NCBI GenBank assembly: GCA_964506725.1
Contig: CAZDLU010000006.1
Coordinates: forward strand, 4,078-68,077
Direction: 5' to 3'
From: an uncultured Rhizobium sp.
GTDB taxonomy: Bacteria > Pseudomonadota > Alphaproteobacteria > Rickettsiales > UBA1997
DNA length: 64,000 bases
Shown here: piece after piece, positions 18,511 to 27,380 of the stretch
How positions within the stretch are numbered: the first letter of the stretch is position 1
How the letters are laid out: every line of letters begins with the position of its first letter
Notes under the pieces: generated by a model
What the model was told of the DNA's origin: nothing
The model's database searches: none
The model's input: the letters and a program-made list of their open reading frames with translations, nothing else
Position numbers and translations under genes: made by a program

Positions 18511-21435
18511 CTAAATAACGTCAAATAAATTTTTAATCGTCGTCGGCACGAAAGATTCGACTTTATGCGTTTCGAATTGCGGGTCAGACTTACCGTTTTC
18601 TTGAGTATAATCGTAGCGAATTCCAAACAATCCGCCACCCTCACCTCCGGTAAGCAAGCCGCTAATAACGCCACCAATTAATGGAATATTGCCGATACCG
18701 AATAAATTATTGATAATAAATCCGGGCACAATCATGCCCTTTATTGATTTGGCGCCGGTTTTTAGGTTAATTTGACCTTTCGCCGTAATGCCGATTTTAT
18801 AATTATTTGCGATTAATGAATTGATATTAAGAACATCATTTCCAATGTCAAAATTAAGTTTAACATTATCAAAAGTTGTCTTATTGTTGGAGAAAATTTT
18901 ATCTTTTATTTGCGAAAATAAATCGTTTTTCTCCAGACGTTTTACTGCCTGATTTTCATAAAATGTAATGGCATTTGATATGGTAATTTCGCCACTCCAA
19001 GTTTGTTTTTTATCAATAATTTTGCTTTGTAATTTTATTTTAGCGTCCCCCCCCACAACCAAATTTGAAATTCCAAAACCTTCGGCAATATATCCGACAT
19101 CAGAAATTTCGCCTTCAAATTGAACCGCTCCGTCCTTAACAATATCAAGGCTTCGCAGCGTTACAAAACTTTTTTTATTGTAATTTCCTTTAGTGGCAAA
19201 ATTATAGCAAAAACCATTATTGCATTTCAGCGCTAAATAAAAATTATTGATCGATTTGTTATTTAACAGGAAAGCTTTGTTGATGATTATTTGTGCATCA
19301 AAAATTGCATTATTTTGATGATCTAAATTACCCAAAGTTTTTACGAAACCACCAACATTGGCGTACCTTCCAATCATTGACAAATGATTTGTTTTATAAT
19401 TTATAACATAATCATTTTTACCAAAAAATTTATTGGAGAAATCAAAGGAAATAATTTTGAAAGGATTGGTATTAAATTCAATATTGCCAAAAACTTTTGG
19501 TGAAATTCTATTTTCAGCTTTCTTTTTTAGTAAAATATTTTTTAAAATAATTTTATCTTTCGTGGCAACTGACACCGTAAAATCAAGGCTTCCTTCAATA
19601 CCGGATTTTTTTACTATATCAAATTCCTCAGCAGTTACTTCTGCCATAGTTAAATCAATATTTGAAATAAATTTTTCACTATTAAAATCCTTTTTGGAAT
19701 TAATAATTACGCCGCCATTTATATATTTATTTTTCAATCCGACAATTGCCGAATTAACTGCAATATAAGAATTTTTTAAAGAAGGATTTACATAAAGCGG
19801 CAAACGAATGTCAAAATTGTTTTGTGAATCACCGTTTAAGTATTCCGTAAGACCGGTGGCAAATTCAGAATTATAATTGGCATGTTGCAAAGAATTGGCT
19901 GCGTCTCCTTTTGTCTTACCGTTAATCACTAAAATCGCTTTCGAAAAATCATCAATCGTAATTGTCGAATCAAAAATTCTGCTTTGTAAAACTTGGGCAT
20001 CGGCAATAGCAATTTTCATGCCATTTTTAGTAAAATTGGCGATGCCGGAAATATTATCTATCTTTGGGAAATATGAATCATAATTAAGGTCGAAACCGCT
20101 AAAGGCAAGAGTTGCATCGATTGCATCGAGATGATTCACATCATCTTTTTTTAACAAAGAAAATTTGGTGTAAGCATTTTTTACCACACCATTTTTTATA
20201 TGAGTAATTACCCAGTGACGAATTTCATGACCATTTAAAAATACCGGCCATAATTTTTCCAATTCTGCTGTCGGCGCATTTTCTAACTTAATATAAAAAT
20301 CAGATTTTTGACCATTAGAGTTACCAAAATCCGAAATTAAAATCGACATTAGAAAATTTGTTTTCGAACCATTATTTATAAAATCGGCTTTAAGCTCCGA
20401 GAAATTGAAAATCTTGGTTTGGCCGTCATACTCACCGACAGCGGTTAAATCACTAAAATAAATTTTTTGGCTGAAGAAATCGAGAAATTCAAAATTACCG
20501 CTCTCCGATTTTACCTTGAAATTCACATTGGCAATTTCGCCATCTTTTACGCCAAAAGAAATATTGCTGTGAAGTTTGGCATTAATATTACTAAATCGCG
20601 CCAATTGCGGATGCAAATTAGCAACCGAGCTTGGAATAAAATTATTTAAATTTAAATCGCATTTGAAAGTTTTTAATTCTGAGAAATTACAATTTAAAGC
20701 CGAATCAATGTCGCCCGCTCCTAGGTTTAACAAGCTGTTCGTAATAATATTTAAACCATTATTTCTGGTAACAAAAATTTGTGATTTCTTAATAAAAATT
20801 TCACGAGTGACATTGGCTTTTTTTAAGAAAATTTTGCTATTTTCAATTTCAAAATTTTGAATCGGAATTGCATTTTCTTTGACTGCCGTCAAAAATTTTT
20901 CAAGCAAAATCAAGTGGTCTTCATCAGTGCCGGATGCTTGAAATTCTTCAACATCTCCTAACATTAGCATTGAATTGGCAATTTTTATTTTCTTCGGCAC
21001 AAAGCGCAAAAGCAATAAATTTACCAGTGAAAATTCCGTTTCCAAATTAGGAAGGACAAATTCGCGTCTTTCACTTTTTCCTTCAATTGGATAAAAAATT
21101 CTGAGGTTGGTAACCGCTATTTTAAAGGTTCCGTGATAGGTAAAATTAATATAACTATTATCGATTGCAACATCATCACCGAAATGTTTTTTTAATTCCT
21201 TTTCAATTTTATTAGTGACATAAGGAAATGATTTTGGACTGGTTGAAATTAAAATTACAAAATAGGTTGTAACAATAATTAATGTCAGCAATAACGCTAA
21301 ATTTACTTTGTGAAAAGTGCTGATTTTTTTCTTGGGAAGCTTGATTTTCTTGGATTTGCGAGTTTTTAAATAGCGAAAATAAGCTTTAATGAAATTTTTA
21401 AATCTAACAATTTTATTGTTCGATTTTTGTTTCAT
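18511..21435 (-). CDS. AsmA/YhdP-like large envelope protein (DUF3971-type)
   Basis: N-terminal TM anchor, a long beta-rich Asn/Lys/Ile-rich body, and a C-terminal AsmA-like end (LTGGEGGGLFGIRYDYTQ...DPQF...SFVPTTIKNLF). Confidence 0.65.
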   Translation of the reverse strand: MKQKSNNKIVRFKNFIKAYFRYLKTRKSKKIKLPKKKISTFHKVNLALLLTLIIVTTYFVILISTSPKSFPYVTNKIEKELKKHFGDDVAIDNSYINFTYHGTFKIAVTNLRIFYPIEGKSERREFVLPNLETEFSLVNLLLLRFVPKKIKIANSMLMLGDVEEFQASGTDEDHLILLEKFLTAVKENAIPIQNFEIENSKIFLKKANVTREIFIKKSQIFVTRNNGLNIITNSLLNLGAGDIDSALNCNFSELKTFKCDLNLNNFIPSSVANLHPQLARFSNINAKLHSNISFGVKDGEIANVNFKVKSESGNFEFLDFFSQKIYFSDLTAVGEYDGQTKIFNFSELKADFINNGSKTNFLMSILISDFGNSNGQKSDFYIKLENAPTAELEKLWPVFLNGHEIRHWVITHIKNGVVKNAYTKFSLLKKDDVNHLDAIDATLAFSGFDLNYDSYFPKIDNISGIANFTKNGMKIAIADAQVLQSRIFDSTITIDDFSKAILVINGKTKGDAANSLQHANYNSEFATGLTEYLNGDSQNNFDIRLPLYVNPSLKNSYIAVNSAIVGLKNKYINGGVIINSKKDFNSEKFISNIDLTMAEVTAEEFDIVKKSGIEGSLDFTVSVATKDKIILKNILLKKKAENRISPKVFGNIEFNTNPFKIISFDFSNKFFGKNDYVINYKTNHLSMIGRYANVGGFVKTLGNLDHQNNAIFDAQIIINKAFLLNNKSINNFYLALKCNNGFCYNFATKGNYNKKSFVTLRSLDIVKDGAVQFEGEISDVGYIAEGFGISNLVVGGDAKIKLQSKIIDKKQTWSGEITISNAITFYENQAVKRLEKNDLFSQIKDKIFSNNKTTFDNVKLNFDIGNDVLNINSLIANNYKIGITAKGQINLKTGAKSIKGMIVPGFIINNLFGIGNIPLIGGVISGLLTGGEGGGLFGIRYDYTQENGKSDPQFETHKVESFVPTTIKNLFDVI

Positions 21436-21437
21436 AT

Positions 21438-22478
21438 TTAGCTAACTAAACGGTGGGAAGGAATTGTTAAAATTGTTGTATTTTCTCTATTCTCCAAAAT
21501 TTCAAAACGGCAATTTTGTCTATCGAGAATTTTGCTTATTTGCGCCTCATCAATGATGGCATGTAAATCGAGATTTTTATTTTCACTGTTTAAATAAAAA
21601 ATCACAATCATTTGATCTAAATGATCAATCATAATCGTTACCGTGACCTTGGAATTACTGTCTGATTTTAACATTCCGGCAAAAATTTTGCGCAAAGCAT
21701 CAAGCAATAATAAACGATCAATTTTAATTTTCGGCAAACCATCTTCCATAATTTCCAAGATAATTCTTTCTTTGATTTTATCGCTTAAACTATCGGTAAA
21801 TTCTTGCAATAAATGTATGATCGAAATCACTTCATCATTGGTATCAAGACGCTTGTCAATTGCACTCGCATCAAGCGCATTCGCAATAGCGCCACGCAAT
21901 TTCATGGCATTAAGATAGATTTTATCCAAATCTTCCGCATATCTGCGATGCGGGAACGGGCCATATGGTTCTTGCTTTAACACTGATGAAACTTGCGCAA
22001 TAACATCAAGATACGTTGTTATTGAATTTGGCAAAACAACGGCGATTTGATCTTTAATATTTTTAATATTGCGATTATGCCCTTCCTGTACTTTCAAGGC
22101 ATTGGCGGTTTTTTCTTTTATTTTTGCAATCATCAAATCAAAGTCGATCGGCTTCACTAAATAATCATTTGCCGAAAGTTTTACACCTTTAATCACATTA
22201 TCTTTTTGGCCCAGCGCAGTTAGAAAAATAAAGGGCACATTGTTGTTTCTGATATTCTTGTTTTCCCGAATAAGCGCCAGCAAACCATAGCCATCAAGCT
22301 CTGGCATCATTATATCAGACACAACTATGTCGGGAGAATTTTTTATAAAAGCTTCAAAACCCGTTTTGCCATTATCAGCCTCGAATACTTCAAAGCCTTC
22401 CGTGCGTAAGATTTCGGCAATATTTTCGCGGATTTCTTGTTCATCTTCTACGCAGAGGATTTTTATTTTGTTTTGCAT
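21438..22478 (-). CDS. response regulator: REC domain plus an uncharacterised C-terminal domain of about 215 aa
   Basis: REC motifs ILCVEDE, VVSDIMMPELDG and DYLVKP. The C-terminal half shows only a vague resemblance to a degenerate histidine-kinase-like fold. Confidence 0.7.
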   Translation of the reverse strand: MQNKIKILCVEDEQEIRENIAEILRTEGFEVFEADNGKTGFEAFIKNSPDIVVSDIMMPELDGYGLLALIRENKNIRNNNVPFIFLTALGQKDNVIKGVKLSANDYLVKPIDFDLMIAKIKEKTANALKVQEGHNRNIKNIKDQIAVVLPNSITTYLDVIAQVSSVLKQEPYGPFPHRRYAEDLDKIYLNAMKLRGAIANALDASAIDKRLDTNDEVISIIHLLQEFTDSLSDKIKERIILEIMEDGLPKIKIDRLLLLDALRKIFAGMLKSDSNSKVTVTIMIDHLDQMIVIFYLNSENKNLDLHAIIDEAQISKILDRQNCRFEILENRENTTILTIPSHRLVS

Positions 22479-22502
22479 ATGTTTTTATTTTTGGCATGTT
22501 TG

Positions 22503-22545
22503 CATGAACGCGGGGTTGGGATTTGTAACCCAGAGGCACGTTCAT
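22503..22545. repeat. family D element, single unit (D1)
   Basis: catgaacgcggggttgggatttgtaacccagaggcacgttcat. It ends 4 nt from the dnaX stop codon. Confidence 0.7.
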
Positions 22546-22548
22546 TTC

Positions 22549-23784
22549 CTACAATATTTTTGCCCCTTCAAAATTTCTCAAAATTTCGTTAACGACATCA
22601 TCATTATCCGCATTTTGTTTCGGCGCAACAGAATTTTTTTCATCACCAGAGTTAAGAATGATTTGTTGCAAATTTGGCAAAGCAATCAAGTGACAAATTC
22701 TCACCATTAACATTTCGAAAGTAATTTTCGGTGAAGTGGAAAAATTTATTTCGCTACTGCCCCGAACCAGCATTTGCCATATTCTAACCAAAGCATTAAG
22801 CGAAATTGCTTTAGCGATTTTATTGATTTTTTCTTGTTGAAAATTGGAATAACCTTCAAGTTTATAATTCTCTACAAGCTTGGCGGACGTGGTTTTGTGG
22901 GTTATTTCCATTAGATCGGAAATTAACTGTGCAATGTCAGAAGAGTAAGTATAAAATTCTTTAAATTTTTTCAAAGAGCCTGTGAGATCACCATTTAAAA
23001 GGCTTTCCAGCATGTCGATAATTTTTGCTTTGTCATTTAAGCCAAGCATTTTTTCAACAATATTATGAGGTAGAAATTTTTGGTGATTGTTGTTGGCAAG
23101 TGCTTGATCCAATAAAGACAAGGCATCACGCATTGAGCCTTCCGACATTTTAGCAATTAATTCCAAAGCTTCTTTTTCGCTTTCTAAATTTTCTTTTTGC
23201 AAAACATTCTGTAAATGCAAAACAATTTCCGCCTCATCAAGCCTACGCAAATCAAAGCGCTGACAGCGTGATAAAATCGTGATCGGAACTTTTTTTATTT
23301 CGGTTGTGGCAAAAATAAATTTAACGTGAGCCGGTGGTTCTTCGAGAGTTTTTAACAGCGCATTGAAAGCGTTGTTGCTAAGCATGTGAACTTCATCAAT
23401 GATGTAAATTTTATACTTCGCCGCAACCGGCGCATAGGCAATGGAATCAATAATTTCGCGCACGTCATCAACGCCGGTGCGACTTGCCGCGTCAATTTCG
23501 ATAACGTCTTGATGCTTTGATTCGGAAATTAAACGGCAATTCTCGCAAACGCCGCAAGCCTTGGCGTTGCTGGCCTCATCAACATTCAAACAATTTATGG
23601 TTTTAGCAATAATTCGCGCCGTGGTAGTTTTTCCAACACCGCGAATACCTGTTAAAATATAGGCATGATGCAAGCGATTGTTTTTTATCGCGTTGGTAAG
23701 AGTTGTAACAAGAACTTCCTGTCCGACCAATTCGGAAAAGATTTGCGGACGATATTTGCGTGCTAAAACTAAATAGGAGGACAT
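22549..23784 (-). CDS. dnaX: DNA polymerase III subunit gamma/tau (gamma-length, 411 aa)
   Basis: LARKYRPQIFSELVGQE, the P-loop GIRGVGKTT, a zinc module (C..C..C), and DEVHMLS. The start is set at MSSYLV; the longer ORF start lies inside repeat A4. Confidence 0.92.
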   Translation of the reverse strand: MSSYLVLARKYRPQIFSELVGQEVLVTTLTNAIKNNRLHHAYILTGIRGVGKTTTARIIAKTINCLNVDEASNAKACGVCENCRLISESKHQDVIEIDAASRTGVDDVREIIDSIAYAPVAAKYKIYIIDEVHMLSNNAFNALLKTLEEPPAHVKFIFATTEIKKVPITILSRCQRFDLRRLDEAEIVLHLQNVLQKENLESEKEALELIAKMSEGSMRDALSLLDQALANNNHQKFLPHNIVEKMLGLNDKAKIIDMLESLLNGDLTGSLKKFKEFYTYSSDIAQLISDLMEITHKTTSAKLVENYKLEGYSNFQQEKINKIAKAISLNALVRIWQMLVRGSSEINFSTSPKITFEMLMVRICHLIALPNLQQIILNSGDEKNSVAPKQNADNDDVVNEILRNFEGAKIL

Positions 23785-23797
23785 TAAAAACTCAATT

Positions 23798-23869
23798 GTC
23801 ACCCTGAGCCTGTCGAAGGGTGTGCTACACTCCGAGTCTAAACACACCCTTCGACAGGCTCAGGGTGAC
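23798..23869. repeat. family A element, copy A4 (ACCC subtype)
   Basis: gtcaccctgagcctgtcgaagggtgtg ... cacacccttcgacaggctcagggtgac, with spacer ctacactccgagtctaaa. Confidence 0.9.
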
Positions 23870-23890
23870 ACCGGATCTTATTTTTAGTAG

Positions 23891-23918
23891 ATTTAAAAAA
23901 AGGGGTCTGACCCCTTTG
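23891..23918 (-). terminator. intrinsic terminator of ffs
   Basis: The minus strand reads caaaggggtcagaccccttttttt: a GC-rich stem followed by T7. Confidence 0.75.
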
Positions 23919-23921
23919 AGG

Positions 23922-24012
23922 AAGGAATAGACGCGACCCAATCTGACAAATTCTGGGCTGCTTTCTTTCGAATCTGACCCGCTAAATAAGCAAACTGCCC
24001 GCGCTATTCCCG
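23922..24012 (-). ncRNA. ffs: signal recognition particle RNA (small/4.5S type)
   Basis: The minus strand contains gggtcagattcgaaagaaagcagccc, matching the conserved domain IV core (GGUCAGGUCCGGAAGGAAGCAGCC in E. coli). It is closed by the terminal stem ggaatagcgcg/cgcgtctattcc. It sits upstream of dnaX as in many bacteria. Confidence 0.85.
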
Positions 24013-24018
24013 AAAGAA

Positions 24019-24046
24019 ATTTTAAGAAAATAATAAATTTATTCAA
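24019..24046 (-). promoter_or_regulatory. putative sigma70-type promoter of ffs
   Basis: The minus strand shows TTGAAT, a 16-nt spacer, then TAAAAT, about 7 nt upstream of the predicted ffs 5' end. Confidence 0.4.
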
Positions 24047-24078
24047 GGAGAAACTAATGCCAAAGCGGGATAATTCTA

Positions 24079-25452
24079 TTATTCTTTTCCCCTATGAAAA
24101 ATTCCACGAACTCCAATAGCTCTAGGGCTTTTTAATGCAGTGTTTGCAGTATCGGGGCGAATTGGGTTAGTAACGCTTATAATCTTATCATCTAGAGATG
24201 TTGATACAACGGCAGTTACTCCCGAAGCACTTGCATCTGCCGGATTTCGTGCGCTTTGCGAACCACTATAAGCCGGATTTGAAAATGTTAACCTTTCATC
24301 ACCAACCCTTCCACTAACATCTGCCGAAAATCGTAATCCGGAGCTAACACTAGCTACGGCCGCAGATCCGCGTTGCACAGAAGGCAAAGATGTAAAAAGA
24401 CGATCCGTTTCTGATATGCTATGCAAAAAAGTGCAAAGCTTGTCTGACGGTTTGTCATTACCACCCTCTCTTTTTGCCTTGATTGCTTCTGCATAAATTT
24501 GCCCAACTTCCTCTGCAGCGATACTCCCCTCTTTCAATGAATTTCTAACCAGTTTTTCTACCTTTTTCTCTTCTGACCTTCCCCAACTGTTAGGCAATAA
24601 ACCTTTACGTTTACATTTTGCCGAACCTTGCAATATGTTAATAACGTCCTTGGCGCTAACCATCGCATTTTCATCAATACTTTTAAAAGCAAGTATAAAG
24701 CGTTCCTCAAGAACACCCTTAGGAGATAAATATTTTCCTAAATTATTTTTCAATGCCGTAACCGAATCCATCAGCGATAAAAAAGGAGCGCTTTTGGCAG
24801 TGATTTCAGCACTAATGGCCAATGCTAGTGCATATAGTTTCGGATCAATAGAATATCTTTCACCAAGTAATTTAACGGAATCAAAAAATTTAAAACTGGA
24901 ACCGCGACTCATGTCAACAAAAGCCTCATCACCGGTGTCGCGCACTTTTTCCAATCTATCCCAAGAAGAGTTATTAAGAGCAGAAAAACCTTGCTCCAAA
25001 TGACTGGCAATAATTTTTTTTGCTTCATCATCAATATCATACTTACTGTCATCCAACATAATATTGGTACATTCACATAAAATATCACTTGAACGCTTTA
25101 AAAGCCTATCTCTGTTTGACTGAATAATTCTTTTATCTGCACAATAGCTGACACATGCAATAGCATATTTCACCATGAACTCCAATCCTCTGACATTACC
25201 TTCTCTTAAATCACGATCGGTTTGAGCTCTTAATACTTTCAAGAATTTTTCACTTAAAAGAAATTCAGCAAAGGCCCGAGCCTGCACTGGATCTTCGAGA
25301 AGATCATCCTTTAAAATATTCCCTATTGATTCATAAATCTTTGCGTCAGAATAATCTTCCCTAACTTTGAATTTTTCTAGATCTGCCAAAAAACTATCGC
25401 CAAAATAGTCGCGTATTCGCTCTAAATAGTTAATCCTGGCTACAACCGACAT
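24079..25452 (-). CDS. hypothetical protein (457 aa orphan)
   Basis: Long clean ORF with a helical N-terminal two-thirds and a Ser/Ala/Gly-rich, probably disordered C-terminal 100 aa. No family recognised. Confidence 0.55.
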   Translation of the reverse strand: MSVVARINYLERIRDYFGDSFLADLEKFKVREDYSDAKIYESIGNILKDDLLEDPVQARAFAEFLLSEKFLKVLRAQTDRDLREGNVRGLEFMVKYAIACVSYCADKRIIQSNRDRLLKRSSDILCECTNIMLDDSKYDIDDEAKKIIASHLEQGFSALNNSSWDRLEKVRDTGDEAFVDMSRGSSFKFFDSVKLLGERYSIDPKLYALALAISAEITAKSAPFLSLMDSVTALKNNLGKYLSPKGVLEERFILAFKSIDENAMVSAKDVINILQGSAKCKRKGLLPNSWGRSEEKKVEKLVRNSLKEGSIAAEEVGQIYAEAIKAKREGGNDKPSDKLCTFLHSISETDRLFTSLPSVQRGSAAVASVSSGLRFSADVSGRVGDERLTFSNPAYSGSQSARNPADASASGVTAVVSTSLDDKIISVTNPIRPDTANTALKSPRAIGVRGIFHRGKE

Positions 25453-25468
25453 ATTTTGTTAAATTAAT

Positions 25469-26002
25469 TTAACGACAAATTTCGCGCATACGGTTATACG
25501 CTCGCGTAATTCCTTTCAGCGAATATTCATCAACGGCGTATTTACCAAATGACGAGTTGCTGCGCACTTTGATTACTGCGGATTGGAGTATTGTTGAAAT
25601 CATTTTGGCATCTTCGGTTTTGCTGATATTCCACGCCGTGTCTTTATCGGCGCGCAGTTTGAATTGATAATCATCGACAAGTACAAAAACCTGGCTGTTT
25701 AGTTTATATTCAAAACCGCCGTAAATGCTGACTTCTTCATTGCGCTCACCTTGAAAACGCGCGATCATCATATATGGTTTTTTTCTCGAAGCATCATCGG
25801 ATTCAGATTTTATCGGGTGCGAAACAATGTAGCATTGTTTGTCGCTAACTTCATTATCTTGAATTTCGTAAACGCGCCAATCGTAAAATGTGCTATCAAT
25901 TACTTGGGCATGCGCGCATTGGCGCAGCGATACCAAAAGCATAATGGCGTAAATTGCCGCGATGATGGCAAATCTGATTATACGATTCATGAAATAGTTC
26001 AC
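25469..26002 (-). CDS. periplasmic protein, IalB-like (invasion-associated locus B family), tentative
   Basis: Signal peptide, about 150-aa beta-rich body, and a C-terminal YSLKGITRAYNRM resembling the IalB SL.GF..A motif. Confidence 0.45.
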   Translation of the reverse strand: MNYFMNRIIRFAIIAAIYAIMLLVSLRQCAHAQVIDSTFYDWRVYEIQDNEVSDKQCYIVSHPIKSESDDASRKKPYMMIARFQGERNEEVSIYGGFEYKLNSQVFVLVDDYQFKLRADKDTAWNISKTEDAKMISTILQSAVIKVRSNSSFGKYAVDEYSLKGITRAYNRMREICR

Positions 26003-26004
26003 AG

Positions 26005-27006
26005 CTAGAAAATCCTCGATAGAGCATAATCAAGAACGGCAATCATATCATTTTTTTGTTTAGAATCAGGAAAAATTTCCAGATTCTTCACAGCCAAAGC
26101 ATGATAGTGCCGAGCCACGTCTTTACTAGCTGAAATGGCATTGTATTTTTCCATAACCGCCAAGACTTCACTAAAAGAATTGTAGTTTTTTTCTTCAGCA
26201 ATCAAGTTATTTGTTAAAGTTTCACTAATAAATTTTTTATCTGTGTCAGAAGATTTTTGATAAGTCAAAATTATCGGCAGCGTAACTTTGCCTTCAAAAA
26301 AATCGTTGCCTTGATCTTTACCTAAAGTTTTTTCGTCAGTTGAATAATCTAAAATATCGTCAACGATTTGAAAAATAATTCCGAGGTTTTTGCCGAAGTC
26401 TCGCAAAGCACTGGTTTCTAAGTCGCTTCGCTTATTTAATAAAGCCCCGCTTTCACAAGCTGCTGAAAAAAGAACGGCGGTTTTTCCAAAAATTATTTCC
26501 AGATATTTTTCTTTTGTTAATGCAATATCGGTAGAATTTTCCAACTGCATCACCTCACCATCAGCCATTGTAGATGAAGCTTTCGCAAGTAAATCAAGAA
26601 TTGCTAAATCTTGCACATTTACCATCAATTGAAAGGCAATTGAAAATAAATAATCGCCCACCAAAATTGAAGCTTTATTATCCCAAATGGCATTGGCTGT
26701 TTTTTTACCGCGCCTTATTTCACTAGTATCCACCACGTCATCATGAAGTAATGTGGCGCTGTGAATTAATTCAATTGCCGCCGCTAAATTTAAATGATTT
26801 TCACCGGATTTCGTACCGCATAATTTTGCCGCCAAAAGCAGTAAAACCGGACGAATTCTTTTGCCACCGGAAGAAATTAAATGATGAGCAATTTCGCCCG
26901 TCAGCGGCGCTTTGCCGATCGAAAAATCTAAAATAATTTGATCGATTTTTTTTAGATCAAGATGAAGTTCTGATAAGATATTTTCAATATTATTTTTTGG
27001 CAGCAT
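26005..27006 (-). CDS. ispB: polyprenyl (octaprenyl) diphosphate synthase
   Basis: First Asp-rich motif LLHDDVVD and second motif DDILDY. Confidence 0.92.
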   Translation of the reverse strand: MLPKNNIENILSELHLDLKKIDQIILDFSIGKAPLTGEIAHHLISSGGKRIRPVLLLLAAKLCGTKSGENHLNLAAAIELIHSATLLHDDVVDTSEIRRGKKTANAIWDNKASILVGDYLFSIAFQLMVNVQDLAILDLLAKASSTMADGEVMQLENSTDIALTKEKYLEIIFGKTAVLFSAACESGALLNKRSDLETSALRDFGKNLGIIFQIVDDILDYSTDEKTLGKDQGNDFFEGKVTLPIILTYQKSSDTDKKFISETLTNNLIAEEKNYNSFSEVLAVMEKYNAISASKDVARHYHALAVKNLEIFPDSKQKNDMIAVLDYALSRIF

Positions 27007-27307
27007 CTTCGTGATAAAGCATCAAAATTTTATTGCGACATTCTTCGATTTTAGCCATGACGCTATTGAGAGTAACGCGCACTACTTCTGCAGCCTCATC
27101 GGCATTGCCGCCTTTTACGAATTCAATATATTGCGTCGTTAAACGATCGGCACATTCTTCAAGATGCGTTACAATATCTTCGGCAATTGCAAATTGTTGC
27201 TCGGCCAGCTTGTGATTACTATCTTCAACCGCTCTTATTAAACGATCGGCAAAAGCATAATATTCGATAATTTCGTTGTAAGTTTGTTCTTGTTTAGATG
27301 TTGCCAT
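26990..27307 (-). CDS. small acidic helical hypothetical protein (105 aa)
   Basis: Clean ORF overlapping the ispB start by 17 nt. No family recognised. Confidence 0.45.
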   Translation of the reverse strand: MATSKQEQTYNEIIEYYAFADRLIRAVEDSNHKLAEQQFAIAEDIVTHLEECADRLTTQYIEFVKGGNADEAAEVVRVTLNSVMAKIEECRNKILMLYHEDAAKK

Positions 27308-27309
27308 TT

Positions 27310-27338
27310 TAAGTGCTTCAAGTGCTTAAGTGCTTGAG
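27310..27338. repeat. family B-related partial element (B2): three tandem AAGTGCTT octamers
   Basis: aagtgcttcaagtgcttaagtgcttgagg. No opposing arm is present. Confidence 0.6.
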
Positions 27339-27380
27339 GTTGGAGGTTGTTTATAACTTTCGTAAAAAAAATAATCAAGG

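Noticed and set aside
23825-24046. 73-aa ORF on the minus strand
   Set aside because: It overlaps the ffs SRP RNA, its terminator and repeat A4, and its composition and position are explained by those features.
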